Source of the DNA: a virus
Strand: one strand, 5' to 3'
IMG/VR virus record: IMGVR_UViG_3300037091_000060
Coordinates: 36,421 to 100,420 of that record
Length of the DNA stretch: 64,000 nucleotides
In this document: one piece after another, positions 48,045 to 57,869 of the stretch
Position numbering within the stretch: the first letter of the stretch is position 1
How the letters are laid out: every line of letters starts with the position of its first letter
Position numbers and translations under genes: made by a program
Notes under the pieces: model-generated
What the model saw: the letters and a program-made list of their open reading frames with translations, nothing else
Told to the model about the DNA's origin: nothing
The model's database searches: none

Positions 48045-48383
48045 CTACCTCTCAAGATATTTGAGAATCTTTTTCTGTAATCTCTCAAACCACCCAAGTC
48101 GAGTGTTGCACTGTTGACAAAGAACGCCGCGATAATCCTGATTAAAAACATTCGCTGGCCCTTTATGGTCGAGGCACATCTTCTTGGGACGCTTACCACA
48201 AATCTCACAACATTTACGACGCTTTCTTTTTGCTTGGGCGGCAGTCAAGCCATAGCGATGTTTAGCATCCCGATCATCGCGAATGCTTTTAGATTGTTCT
48301 GGGTTGCGCTTTCTCCATCCCGCGCTTATCTCGGGATGATTTCTACGCCACGCATTTTGCTTTTCTTTGGTATCGTACGGCAT
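48045..48383 (-). CDS. endonuclease VII-like HNH protein
   Basis: CEICG..CLDH..RGVLCQQCNTRLG. Confidence 0.88.
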   Translation of the reverse strand: MPYDTKEKQNAWRRNHPEISAGWRKRNPEQSKSIRDDRDAKHRYGLTAAQAKRKRRKCCEICGKRPKKMCLDHKGPANVFNQDYRGVLCQQCNTRLGWFERLQKKILKYLER

Positions 48384-48460
48384 ATACTCTCCTAAACAAA
48401 GTGCGACCCGAGGCGTGGTTTAGGCACGCCCCGAATCTGCGCCCCGGTAATGAGCCGGGG
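48384..48460 (-). promoter_or_regulatory. kissing-loop leader, copy C
   Basis: GGGGCGUG-CCUAAAC-CACGCCUC and ACUUU-GUUUAGG-AGAGU; extra 5' hairpin. Confidence 0.8.
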
Positions 48461-48465
48461 AATAT

Positions 48466-48696
48466 TTACTTAATCCAGTGAAAATGCTGCGCTATCTGAT
48501 GAAGCGCGCCCACAACGGGGATGACGCAGACCATTTGAATCTTCTGCCAAAGACGATCACTTTTCGCATCATCTTCGAGTGCCGCGACCTTAGTCTTTTG
48601 CTCGCCGCGAAACTCGCGAAAGTCGCCGTGGTACGTCTCGACAACCTTGGTCAGTTCAGTGATCGCTTCTAAAATTTTTGAGGTCTCATCAGTCAT
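48466..48696 (-). CDS. small coiled-coil + TM protein (possible holin-like)
   Basis: Coiled N-terminus and hydrophobic C-terminus. Confidence 0.5.
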   Translation of the reverse strand: MTDETSKILEAITELTKVVETYHGDFREFRGEQKTKVAALEDDAKSDRLWQKIQMVCVIPVVGALHQIAQHFHWIK

Positions 48697-48790
48697 AAAA
48701 TTAATGGTAGGCTTTTACTACCTGTGCTCGGGGGTTCCACCCGATAGCCCGTAGTGATCGCCATTATAAACGGCGCATCAGCCAACGGAG

Positions 48791-48818
48791 AAAATGTAGG
48801 GGAGCCTCTCGACTCCCC
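48791..48818 (-). terminator. intrinsic terminator candidate
   Basis: GGGGAGUC-GAGA-GGCUCCCC then UACAUUUU. Confidence 0.5.
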
Positions 48819-48825
48819 GAGGGGT

Positions 48826-49437
48826 TTAGCTTTCGATTGTGAATTCGTTCAAGCCAGCCTTGTTAGTTGCGTCCGAGGTTCCGAACGTCACACCAACAAC
48901 GAAGCCCACCACCGCGCCCTGCGCAAGCAGCACGTTGCCTAGGTTGAAATCGAGACCTGATACAATCGAGGTCACGGTGGTCGAAGCGATTACTGCCCCG
49001 CGAATTGACGCTCGATAACTACCGATCAGCAATCCGGGAGTCGGCGGGCTAACGAGCGATACGCCAACGAGAGATGCCTGAATTGCCCAAGGCTCAATCG
49101 CGAAGAACGGAGTGATCGCGCCTGTGGTAGCAACCGACGTGTAGACCGGAGCAGAAATCGTTCCAGTTACGGCGTACAACTGCACGGTCACGGTGCCGGA
49201 TGGGTCACCACTATCTGAACCAAAGCTGCCGCTTGCCATCACATCAAACTGCTGGCCGTTGAATACGTTGGCTGCCGGGAGAAGCAACGCACCAACCGCG
49301 CTAGTTGCAGACGGAGTTGACGGTGCTACGCCGATGGACGGGCCAAGCGGGCGAGGGAAATATTTTACGGTGGTGCCGAGTCCGCCGACCTTAGAACTGA
49401 ACTGGCCGTTGACTCCGAAATCTAGTACGTTACTCAT
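48826..49437 (-). CDS. virion structural protein
   Basis: AAGGA SD before MSNVLD; G/S/T-rich. Confidence 0.6.
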   Translation of the reverse strand: MSNVLDFGVNGQFSSKVGGLGTTVKYFPRPLGPSIGVAPSTPSATSAVGALLLPAANVFNGQQFDVMASGSFGSDSGDPSGTVTVQLYAVTGTISAPVYTSVATTGAITPFFAIEPWAIQASLVGVSLVSPPTPGLLIGSYRASIRGAVIASTTVTSIVSGLDFNLGNVLLAQGAVVGFVVGVTFGTSDATNKAGLNEFTIES

Positions 49438-49541
49438 TGGGTGTTTTCCTTTTAGTGTACGCCGCCACAACGGGAAACCGCCGTGGTGACGCTTTTATGG
49501 GAAGCCGTTCTTAGATCGTGCTGAACGGATTGCCAAAACTC

Positions 49542-49835
49542 TTAGTAGTTAGTTGCTTGTGGGGGCGCGTTCGCCGCAGTCAGTGCGGTAGGGGTCAAAT
49601 TTATTCCCGTGTAAGCCGATGTACCATCCACCACGACTTGAACCGGGTGATAGTAAACGCTGGCATTAAGAAAGGCCCGCATGATGTGCGCGCCTGCTGT
49701 TTGGACCGTGACTGAATAATTGCCGGAGGCATCGGCTGCGCTGAATATGACATTCTTTGTCAAAACATTCAGACACTGTATCTGCGCGCCGACTGCCGCT
49801 GCGCCACCTACGTTGCCGCTGATTGTGCTTGACAT
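49542..49835 (-). CDS. stand-alone prealbumin/carboxypeptidase-regulatory-like domain protein
   Basis: ISGNV..ADASGNYS..VVVDG..INLTP, similar to the C-termini of 12709 and 13684. Confidence 0.65.
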   Translation of the reverse strand: MSSTISGNVGGAAAVGAQIQCLNVLTKNVIFSAADASGNYSVTVQTAGAHIMRAFLNASVYYHPVQVVVDGTSAYTGINLTPTALTAANAPPQATNY

Positions 49836-49836
49836 G

Positions 49837-50916
49837 TTAAGACCCGTGAGCTACGAGAACATAGTCAAGCCAATAGGAGATATTTCCGCCGAGGTTGATG
49901 ACCTGAATGATGTCTTCCTGCGCCGGGTTGTTGGTCCAAGTGTCGAGTGACAACGCAGCTAGGGTTGCTGATGAATTTAGTCTGGTGAAGTACTGGCCTA
50001 GACGGGTTCCATCGGTTGGGCTTACTGCCGGGTAGTGAACCACGCCAGCGTAATCAACATTCAAAACGACATTCAAACCTTTACCGCCTTCGCCTTGATT
50101 TACAATCTGGATTATGTCTAACTTAGGAGCACCTGCACCTTGAGAGGTGGGTTGCGGCCACGCGGTGAGAACCGACGAACCCAGATTGCGAGAGATGAGA
50201 CAATTTTGTGATGGTCCGGGGCCGGGAGGGGGCGGGGGCGGTGCAAAGGATGGAGCCGTGATAAGTTCTGCCGCCGCGATAGTGATCGCGCCGTTACCGC
50301 CGCCGACTGCGAGCGCGCGCCCGTTGAGGGTGCCGCCGCCGAGGGTGATGGATGTGAAAGCGAGAATGTTTCCTTGGGTCAGCGCGCCGGGGCCGATGCT
50401 CGTCCACGAGCTACCGACAACCCAGATGACGTTGTTGGCTTGTGCGCCGTTGACGAGGTTGATCGTCCCGGCGATAGCCTGTGTGATGGTTGAAGCAGTG
50501 GAGTAGAACACGAAGAGGGCGTTCGGGTCGCCTTGCGCGTCGAGCGTGACGGCGGTGCTGATGGCGATGGAACTGGCGCTGACGTACACGCCTGTGTAGT
50601 AGGTGCCGTTTGGAGCGCCGGGGCTGTGCTGAATGCCGCTGACGCCGATGTCAGCAGTTGTGAGCGCCATCGTCTGGGGCAGACCTGAGTAATACAAAAA
50701 GGCGTTATTGCCGTCGATGCGCGCCTGCTGAGCGTTGGCGTTATCTATAGCCGCTGGGGGAACAAAGTTCGCGCCCGTGAATCCTGTCTGGGTTGCCGTG
50801 GGGAAAGACCCCACGTTGCCACCCGAGATCAGGGTCGCGCCAGTGTTCGTTTCGCCCGCATAAGCAAGCAAGGCGTAATTCGCGGAAGTCAAAAGTTCTG
50901 TTTGTACGTTTGGCAC
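49837..50916 (-). CDS. DUF3494 ice-binding-like protein
   Basis: YALLAYAG..TLDAQGDPNALFVF..NGAQANNVIWVVGSS..GNILA..LNGRAL. Confidence 0.85.
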   Translation of the reverse strand: MPNVQTELLTSANYALLAYAGETNTGATLISGGNVGSFPTATQTGFTGANFVPPAAIDNANAQQARIDGNNAFLYYSGLPQTMALTTADIGVSGIQHSPGAPNGTYYTGVYVSASSIAISTAVTLDAQGDPNALFVFYSTASTITQAIAGTINLVNGAQANNVIWVVGSSWTSIGPGALTQGNILAFTSITLGGGTLNGRALAVGGGNGAITIAAAELITAPSFAPPPPPPGPGPSQNCLISRNLGSSVLTAWPQPTSQGAGAPKLDIIQIVNQGEGGKGLNVVLNVDYAGVVHYPAVSPTDGTRLGQYFTRLNSSATLAALSLDTWTNNPAQEDIIQVINLGGNISYWLDYVLVAHGS

Positions 50917-50975
50917 TGTATGATATCTCCAAAATTAAAATCTAAATCTAACTCTGAAATCCTATCGTAAACTGT

Positions 50976-51221
50976 TTAGGCTGAAAGAGCCGCTGCAGCC
51001 GCTGCTTGTATCGCCGCACTCTTAGTAATGTGGTCTGCAGTAAAAGCCGATCCTTCCACTGTCGTACCAAGCACTACGGCAGGGTGCACTGATACGCACT
51101 TCGTGTGATCAACCGACACAAATTTATGCGTCCTTGATGCTTGCGGAACGGTGTCGTCCCATTGGTAGGAGATGACGCAGCCGCAGGTATTCGGGGACCA
51201 GGTTGTAACTTGTAAAGACAT
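50976..51221 (-). CDS. hypothetical protein
   Basis: WSPNTCGCVI motif; GGAG SD. Confidence 0.6.
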   Translation of the reverse strand: MSLQVTTWSPNTCGCVISYQWDDTVPQASRTHKFVSVDHTKCVSVHPAVVLGTTVEGSAFTADHITKSAAIQAAAAAALSA

Positions 51222-51222
51222 A

Positions 51223-53088
51223 TTATGCTCCTACTCCCGTTATGGGCAGAAGATGTGTTCCCGGAGGAAGACCGGGGAATCCGGGAGAAGCGCTTCCAGC
51301 TTGAGCCGCCAATACTCCTATAGAATTGAATACCATTGAAGTACCCGTTCCTCCAACGATGATTTGATAATTAACTTCGTCAGTAGCAACGACTGAATCG
51401 GTGTTGACTAAATCCTCGAAATACCCGATTGTGCTGCCCGGAATCGAGACTACTTGATTTCCGTTACCGGCATTTTTTCTCAATTTCACAGTGCTTGATA
51501 CTGTTATAGAACTAACAGTTACACGAGCCGCTAAATTGCTTAAAGTACTGACTTGTTTTGAAAATTGAAAATCACTCTCGGTAGTGCTAACCATACCGTT
51601 GCCCGAAAGAGGAAGATTGGTGGTAACAGATTGAAGTACAACGAACCCTTGCAATACCCCATTTAGAAAATAATATGATCCATTAACGGTAACAAAGAAA
51701 ACACCAAAGTAATTAACAGTGAATGCCGTGGCTTCGGCACCGAACGTTATATAATAGTTTACGAAACTCCCAGAAACAATACTGTCGGTATGTACGTTAT
51801 CCTCAAAAAGCCCCGTGGTTCCGGCTAAAATGCTAAGTACCAGATTTCCGTTCACACCGGCATTTCTCGTTCCGAAGGTAGTCGTAGTTGTTCTGCTATT
51901 GACTTTTATATTTATCTGAAGGTTTTGAAGAGTTCCCGGGGTTTTTATTTTAAATTGCGAGGTAGCCTCGGCTACGGCTCCTGTTACGACTGCACCGTCA
52001 ATCGTAAAAAACCGGGTGACGTTATTAGCCTGAATGTTAATTCCGGCGGCAGTATTATAACATGTAAGATTTTCTACTGTTTGTGCTGCATTTAAACTGG
52101 CAAAGTTTACAGAAACTAACGCCGAAACAGTCGTTGTAGTAGTAGCCCACGCATAATTAACGGTATCTCCTGAAGCAACTTGGTCATAATTAGAAGTATC
52201 TTGAAATTCCCCCGTTGTAGTGTTAGGAATGGATACTGTTTGTGCTCCCGTGACTCCGTTTTTCTGAAAGACGAGTGTAGTAGTACCAACGCCGGTATTG
52301 GTTAAAAGACGAGTATACAAACCTGTAAAAATTCCTGCCGTTCGCCACGTCGTAATAGGAATATTGGACACGACAACAAGCGGACCTTGGCCAAACCCCT
52401 GCCCTGGCACGGGACTAACGGAAGTACTAACCGCTTGCTTGGCTCCCAATAATTGCGGAACTTTATTATTAGTCGATGATGGTTGCAGTTCAACTGCTGC
52501 GGCGGCCCAGTTCACGCCCGCGCCAAGAGTGACAGACGTGACTACAGATACGGCGTTGATGGCCGTGTTATCTACGGCGGCAGTTTGTACAGTAGCTGCC
52601 CCCGCGCCTGACGCAGTGTGATCTCGAAGAGTGCCAGTAGCTATAGTTAAAGATTCTGTACTTCCAAGGTTGTTAGCCAGAGCCGCAACGACATAGCCGT
52701 TCGGGCCGATAGCTAAAGTGATCGTCTCGGGAGTTGAAGCGGCCCCTGTATTTGTCCCGTTTGCCCCGACCGCGCTGACACCACTATACTCGCTAACAAC
52801 GGCGGCATTTCCAGTAGACGTTGCGCTGTACGTAATCGTGACCGTAGTAACGCCAGCAACAATGTTGGTCGCAGTCCAAACTTCCGCCCTGACCGTGTTC
52901 GTTACTCCAGCTCGGACAATGTAGGTGTTTGATCCGGTGTTATCGACTATGCCGGTGATCGTCTGAACGCCAGCTACTCCCGATTGAACAACAAGAGTAT
53001 TACCCGCAGCGGGGGCGATTGTAACCGCCAAGGTAGTAGTCGAACCGTTGCTGTTCGCAACAGCGTCTTTTACGAAAGCTATCGCCAT
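51223..53088 (-). CDS. Thr/Val-rich virion protein with three internal repeats
   Basis: Repeated SIPx.TTG.FED..xD.V..xD.VNY. Confidence 0.6.
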   Translation of the reverse strand: MAIAFVKDAVANSNGSTTTLAVTIAPAAGNTLVVQSGVAGVQTITGIVDNTGSNTYIVRAGVTNTVRAEVWTATNIVAGVTTVTITYSATSTGNAAVVSEYSGVSAVGANGTNTGAASTPETITLAIGPNGYVVAALANNLGSTESLTIATGTLRDHTASGAGAATVQTAAVDNTAINAVSVVTSVTLGAGVNWAAAAVELQPSSTNNKVPQLLGAKQAVSTSVSPVPGQGFGQGPLVVVSNIPITTWRTAGIFTGLYTRLLTNTGVGTTTLVFQKNGVTGAQTVSIPNTTTGEFQDTSNYDQVASGDTVNYAWATTTTTVSALVSVNFASLNAAQTVENLTCYNTAAGINIQANNVTRFFTIDGAVVTGAVAEATSQFKIKTPGTLQNLQINIKVNSRTTTTTFGTRNAGVNGNLVLSILAGTTGLFEDNVHTDSIVSGSFVNYYITFGAEATAFTVNYFGVFFVTVNGSYYFLNGVLQGFVVLQSVTTNLPLSGNGMVSTTESDFQFSKQVSTLSNLAARVTVSSITVSSTVKLRKNAGNGNQVVSIPGSTIGYFEDLVNTDSVVATDEVNYQIIVGGTGTSMVFNSIGVLAAQAGSASPGFPGLPPGTHLLPITGVGA

Positions 53089-53099
53089 TTAATCTCTGT

Positions 53100-54170
53100 T
53101 TAGAAGTACATGAAATTGTAATCAACGGTATTTGCGGGGCCAGTCAGACCCGATCTAGTGGTCGTGAACGCAATCGAGATGGCCGTACTAAAAGCTATAC
53201 CCATCGCATTCAAAACGTTGGCGGCGGAACCGGCAGGAATACCAAAAGACAGTTTAGGAGCGGTTGTTCCCAGAGTAACGCTGCCTGTGGCAAGATCAAA
53301 TATCTGGCAATAAACGAAACCGACGTTGTTATTGAATATATACCAACCGTAGATTTGACCTGCGCTGGCTTTAACCGCCGTGGCAGTTGCACCGATAGTT
53401 CCAGTTGCCGTCAACGTACCGCCTTGCGTAACTGGCAAGTTCGTGACACGCTGGGCACCGGTCAAAGTTACGGACGCGAGAACCTGATCCCCTTCAGTCC
53501 AAGTTGGATTCGCGGCGTTTGCTAATGCTGGAAGAACTCCTAGTTGTGTAGATGGGGGTGCAGAGTTATTAGTTTTCGTTCCGATGACTCTGTGGTTTCC
53601 AGCTAAGTCCACAGACTCAAGGACTAATTGACCTTCTGTCCACGACGGCGCAGCCGCGTTCGCTAACGCGCTCAAAGCCATCGTGCCGTCAGCAGCCGGA
53701 GCTGCGTTGTTGTTAGTGAGTGTTCCGCAAATTCTCTGTCTGCCCGAGAGATCGACGGACTCTAATACCTGGTCGCCTTCAGTCCAAGTCTGTGTAGCCG
53801 CGTTAGCGACAGCGGGCAGCACACCGAGGTTGTTGCCGTCTGGGACTACGGCATTGTTGGTTTTTAATCCTGTTATAGCCGGGTTACCGGTAATAGTAAC
53901 TGGAACGGTGGACTGATCGGATGCGATAACGACGGGCAACGAAGCGGCCATAGTCTTCTGGCCTTCTGAAATCGCGACACCGCCAACTTGTATTAAATTA
54001 ACGTTACCTGTTGTGCCACCACCGCCGCCCACAACAACGTTGACTTTTAAATTTCCTGAAGAATCTAATTCTAACGAACTGGCGTCGCCATCATTAAGAA
54101 CCGGAGGCACGGCATCGTAAACTCCTCCAATTACCTGCGCTGTCGTTGGTTTTGAGCTGTTGCGACCCAT
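53100..54170 (-). CDS. virion/tail fibre-like repeat protein
   Basis: Three repeats of NNAxP..LPAxANAA..WTEGDQVLESVDL. Confidence 0.6.
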   Translation of the reverse strand: MGRNSSKPTTAQVIGGVYDAVPPVLNDGDASSLELDSSGNLKVNVVVGGGGGTTGNVNLIQVGGVAISEGQKTMAASLPVVIASDQSTVPVTITGNPAITGLKTNNAVVPDGNNLGVLPAVANAATQTWTEGDQVLESVDLSGRQRICGTLTNNNAAPAADGTMALSALANAAAPSWTEGQLVLESVDLAGNHRVIGTKTNNSAPPSTQLGVLPALANAANPTWTEGDQVLASVTLTGAQRVTNLPVTQGGTLTATGTIGATATAVKASAGQIYGWYIFNNNVGFVYCQIFDLATGSVTLGTTAPKLSFGIPAGSAANVLNAMGIAFSTAISIAFTTTRSGLTGPANTVDYNFMYF

Positions 54171-54198
54171 AGTTTCTCCAGTTGCTTAAAATCTAAAT

Positions 54199-56148
54199 TT
54201 AGTATTCAAAGCCTACGATGAGAACGTCCCAAGTAGGGCCGTTCGTAACGAATATAGTGTTCGCCGTTAAACCTATTTGAGTGGTTCCGTTTCCAGCGAT
54301 CTCAAAACCGTCAGGAATCGTCGTTTGAAATCTGTCATACACCAGAGCCGTCGCTGGTGTTGCGGACACCAGAGACATAAGAACTGGTGTACTAGTAACG
54401 ACGACCGCGCCACCTGTGTTCAAGCGTAAATTAAATGTCGTTTTCTGAGCCGTGGCTGTAACGTTTCCGCGAGAGGCAACGTTAATACTCGTGATGCGAA
54501 ACGTCTTGCCGCTGGTAACCACGAAAGAAACACCAGTCGTTGTCGCTGCGGTTCCGGCAGACTTAGTCAACGTGATCGCTGTTTCAGTTCCGGACGTTCC
54601 CGCAACCACACCAGTTGCAGAAAACGTAATAGCCGTTCGACCTGAGTCTTTAAGGTCTTGTGTACCAAGAGCGTTGGCCGCTTGCGTTCCCTTTACAACG
54701 GAGTTTAACGCCGCGCCTATGCTATCTGAGATACCGACTTTCTGAATCCCTGCGGCTGCCGTAACGGTTGCTGTGCCCGCGACCGAAGATAAGTCGGTCT
54801 TCAATGCGGTGGTTCCGGCTATGACGCCCGGGACCGTGGTTCCGTCAGTAATCTTTACTGACCCGATGGTGTTCGCGCCCGTGGGCAGCGCGTTTGTGAT
54901 AGCTGTTACCGCTGTGATGGTTCCGCTATCTACGACCATGTGAAGATTGGTTCCGGTCGCCTGAGATGCAGTAACCGTTCCAGAAACTGGCTGCGTAACG
55001 CCGGACCCGTCGACCTTCAGCGCGGTCATTGAGGCCACGCCTTGAACTGAAATCACATCCGCCGAAGCGGTGCCCGCCGTACCTAACGCGGGTTGTTTTG
55101 CTGCGGTTGAAGCGCCTGCCGGAAGCGGCAGAGACACGGAAGAGACTGGCTGAGTTACAGCCGACCCGTCTACCTTCAACGCCGTCATGCTCGCGACACC
55201 TTGGACGCTTATAACATCAGCGGAGGCCGTGCCAGCAGTTCCAAGGGCGGGTTGTTTTGCTACAGTACTCGCGCCCGCAGGTAGCGGCAAAGCTGCCGCG
55301 CTTACAGGCTGCGTTACCGCAGAGCCATCAACCTTCAGTGCATTTGTAAGCGCAGGTTGATCTGTTGCTAGAACAACACGAAGCGTACCAGCAGACTTAG
55401 TACCGCTATTAGTGTCTGTCGCGGTCCCGGCCACTTGAGCGACGTTCGTAGAGGCGTTGGCTGGTGGAGTCGTTGTTACTGTACCACTAACGGGCTGCGT
55501 TACTCCGGAACCATCTACCTTCAAGGCTCCAGCGGCTGATACAGATGCGACGTTCGTTCCGCCAGTATCAACGAGTTTAGTCTTTTGCGTTCCGCCCGTA
55601 AGAGTAGCGTCTAAGGCCAAGAACCCACTTGTTCCGATGTTCGCGGTAACTGTTCCCGATACCGTCTGGGTATCCGCTGGCTTTGTGCGTGTAGAGAGCG
55701 CGACGTCGATGTTATCCGTCTTCGCCTTGATAAGAGCGAGCGTTGCATCGGTTGATGCCCCGGCAGGCAACGGTAATGAGACGGCACTAACAGGTTGAGT
55801 CGGGAGAGGCGACGGACCCGCGAGTGTTAAGACGGCTGTAACTGCTACGCTCGTCCCGCCAGAAAAACCTGTGCAAACTAATTTATAAGAGAGGTTCCGA
55901 GATATCACGACTGTCGTCGTGTTCGAAGCAACGGCGTCCCAAGTTCCTACGATCTGTGTATCTCCCGTAGGGAGCGACGCTACTAAATTAAAAGTCAGTG
56001 TTGTAAAGACACCAACTTCGGTCGCGGTTAACAGAACCGTATAATCATTCGGCGCAATAAACGGCGCAGAAACCGCTTGACCTAAAGATGTAGCTGTAGG
56101 TAAGATTGTCTGAGCAAGCCCGTATGAGACCGCAATATAAGCTGGCAT
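54199..56148 (-). CDS. tail fibre-like protein with VDGSxVTQPVS repeats
   Basis: Four LKVDGS(A/G)VTQPVS units. Confidence 0.65.
   Translation of the reverse strand: MPAYIAVSYGLAQTILPTATSLGQAVSAPFIAPNDYTVLLTATEVGVFTTLTFNLVASLPTGDTQIVGTWDAVASNTTTVVISRNLSYKLVCTGFSGGTSVAVTAVLTLAGPSPLPTQPVSAVSLPLPAGASTDATLALIKAKTDNIDVALSTRTKPADTQTVSGTVTANIGTSGFLALDATLTGGTQKTKLVDTGGTNVASVSAAGALKVDGSGVTQPVSGTVTTTPPANASTNVAQVAGTATDTNSGTKSAGTLRVVLATDQPALTNALKVDGSAVTQPVSAAALPLPAGASTVAKQPALGTAGTASADVISVQGVASMTALKVDGSAVTQPVSSVSLPLPAGASTAAKQPALGTAGTASADVISVQGVASMTALKVDGSGVTQPVSGTVTASQATGTNLHMVVDSGTITAVTAITNALPTGANTIGSVKITDGTTVPGVIAGTTALKTDLSSVAGTATVTAAAGIQKVGISDSIGAALNSVVKGTQAANALGTQDLKDSGRTAITFSATGVVAGTSGTETAITLTKSAGTAATTTGVSFVVTSGKTFRITSINVASRGNVTATAQKTTFNLRLNTGGAVVVTSTPVLMSLVSATPATALVYDRFQTTIPDGFEIAGNGTTQIGLTANTIFVTNGPTWDVLIVGFEY
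54982..55340. repeat. tandem intragenic repeat (period 159 bp)
   Basis: LPLPAGAST..KQPALGTAGTASADVISVQGVASMTALKVDGS twice, diverged at synonymous sites. Confidence 0.8.
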
Positions 56149-56915
56149 CAGACCTCAATCCCTGCAACATTAACTCGGTAGTTTCCAGTTGCGCCCGCCG
56201 GAGCGCTGCTTACGTTAAGATTCAAAACGTTGTTTATAGTGGACGACAAGATTCCGTTTCCGAGATCAATCCAGCCATCTGAAAGATTTAAATTCCCGCC
56301 AAATAATACATCCGTTGCCGTCGCTACTGCCGGAAGAAGAACTTCATATGTTCCTATCGTTATGCCAACTGCTGCGTCTTGAAAAGACAAAGTGACTACC
56401 GATGCCGCCGTAGCTGTTAGATTGCACCCAGTAATCTGAAATCGCATTAACTGAAATTTCTTACCGGCAGTGGGCGTCCAAACGGCGCTGTTACCAGAAG
56501 TCCCGGCAGTAACAGATACTGTTTTATAAATAGTAGGCGATACTTGCGTTGCAGGAAAGTTCGATACAGCTACCGTCCCAGAAACTGACTGCGTTGCTGG
56601 AAAGTTACTTACTGCAACTGTCGATAGCGGTGTCAGCGTAGCAACTTGTGCAGCCGTTAAAATAACGGGCAGACTTGCTGCCGCTGGTGCCTGACCTAAC
56701 GAGATCGGCGCGCCACCAACCTGAGCGAGATTCTCGCTGACTACAGTGCTGCCGCCGCCAACTGCGACGTTGACAAGGAGGTTTCCCTGACTGTCACATT
56801 GCAGAGAGCAGCCTTGCTGGTCTTGAGGTGCAGGAGCGGTCGCGTTATAAACGGCACCAGTTACGATAGGTGTTATCGATGCTGGGCTTAACAACGGGCC
56901 TCTCGGTAATGCCAT
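56148..56915 (-). CDS. virion/tail fibre-like protein
   Basis: N-terminus paralogous to 53100..54170; VAVSNFPATQ twice. Confidence 0.6.
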   Translation of the reverse strand: MALPRGPLLSPASITPIVTGAVYNATAPAPQDQQGCSLQCDSQGNLLVNVAVGGGSTVVSENLAQVGGAPISLGQAPAAASLPVILTAAQVATLTPLSTVAVSNFPATQSVSGTVAVSNFPATQVSPTIYKTVSVTAGTSGNSAVWTPTAGKKFQLMRFQITGCNLTATAASVVTLSFQDAAVGITIGTYEVLLPAVATATDVLFGGNLNLSDGWIDLGNGILSSTINNVLNLNVSSAPAGATGNYRVNVAGIEV

Positions 56916-56924
56916 CAAATCCTC

Positions 56925-57293
56925 TTAGCGGTTTCCCCGCTGTCTGGCTCTCCACACCGCGTGGTCGCTTTGAGCGGACGGGTCGGGTGGTATCAGGCCT
57001 GAGTTCTCGTGATGAGATTTTCTAAGTGACGCTGCCATCTCTAAAAAATCTGGAGCGGTGGCGCGGGAAGCTATTTGCTCCCGTCTCTCTTCTACGCTTA
57101 AAAATGTGGGCTGCTCTTCCACGTCGGTTCTCGGCCCAAGATTTCTGCCACGGACTAGCTCGACGAGCGGCGCGACCTCTGGAGTCTTGGGAGCGGGCAC
57201 TGATTGGGTCTTAATAAAAACATACCACACTGATGCCGATGAAATTAAAACGGCTGCGGCAGCAAATGCTTCCGCGAAAATTAGTGCGCTCAT
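56925..57293 (-). CDS. membrane-anchored hypothetical protein
   Basis: N-terminal TM segment. Confidence 0.55.
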   Translation of the reverse strand: MSALIFAEAFAAAAVLISSASVWYVFIKTQSVPAPKTPEVAPLVELVRGRNLGPRTDVEEQPTFLSVEERREQIASRATAPDFLEMAASLRKSHHENSGLIPPDPSAQSDHAVWRARQRGNR

Positions 57294-57520
57294 CGCGCTC
57301 GGCTTACTGGGGCCTTGGATGTCGTTGCGAACGAAAAGCCCGCCTGCTTAAATGCGGCGGCAACTTCGCGGCGAAGAGAACTCAAATCAAGTGTCTGCGC
57401 GGCGAGTGCGGCTTCTAGAACGGAGATTCGGTCTTTTAGTCCTTGGTGTTCTGAGAGCACCTTGTTGACGGCGCTGATTTCTAAAAGGCTATTGGGCTGC
57501 TGCCTGTTGTCGGTGAACAT
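57290..57520 (-). CDS. small coiled-coil protein
   Basis: AAGGAG SD directly after the last tRNA. Confidence 0.6.
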   Translation of the reverse strand: MFTDNRQQPNSLLEISAVNKVLSEHQGLKDRISVLEAALAAQTLDLSSLRREVAAAFKQAGFSFATTSKAPVSRAR

Positions 57521-57537
57521 TGGACTCCTTCAAAGAT

Positions 57538-57611
57538 TGGTTCCGGCGCGTGGACTCGAACCACGATAAACAGATTCAGAATCTGCTGGCCTACCGTTGG
57601 CCGACATCGGA
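57538..57611 (-). tRNA. tRNA-Gln(CTG)
   Basis: Cloverleaf; loop TTCTGAA; encoded CCA. Confidence 0.9.
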
Positions 57612-57620
57612 ACTGAAAAT

Positions 57621-57695
57621 TGGTTGGGCAAGAACGATTCGAACGTTCATCGAGCGGATTCAAAGTCCGACGTGTTACCGTTACACTATCGCCCA
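57621..57695 (-). tRNA. tRNA-Gln(TTG)
   Basis: Loop CTTTGAA; CCA. Confidence 0.88.
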
Positions 57696-57703
57696 ACAGA
57701 AAA

Positions 57704-57777
57704 TGGTCCTAGCTAATCGAGTTGAGCGATTTCTACTTGTGTTTCAAACAAGGGTGCAACCCCTACACCAAACTAGG
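57704..57777 (-). tRNA. tRNA-Phe(GAA), atypical T-loop
   Basis: Loop TTGAAAC; T-loop CTCAACT; CCA. Confidence 0.65.
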
Positions 57778-57784
57778 ATTAAGA

Positions 57785-57869
57785 TGGAGGAAGAATGATG
57801 AGTCGAACACCACACCTTTCGGTGCCCTCCGGGTTCAAACCGGATTGCGAGCCACTCGCAGAATCTTCC
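57785..57869 (-). tRNA. tRNA-Ser(TGA)
   Basis: Loop TTTGAAC; long variable arm; CCA. Confidence 0.8.

Noticed and set aside
48745-48790. Hammerhead ribozyme (CUGAUG followed by a stem)
   Set aside because: The core reads CUGAUGC..GAUC rather than CUGANGA..GAAA.
13155-56000. Many + strand ORFs antisense to structural genes
   Set aside because: Shadow frames of GC-rich coding sequence, with no SD or motifs.
54199-56148. DGR template/variable repeat pair
   Set aside because: The repeats are in-frame, differ mainly at synonymous sites rather than adenines, and no reverse transcriptase is present in the window.
57785-57869. Possible selenocysteine or opal-suppressor tRNA (starts GGAAGAT like selC)
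   Set aside because: The anticodon loop TTTGAAC gives anticodon TGA (Ser), not TCA; acceptor and D arms are not Sec-type.
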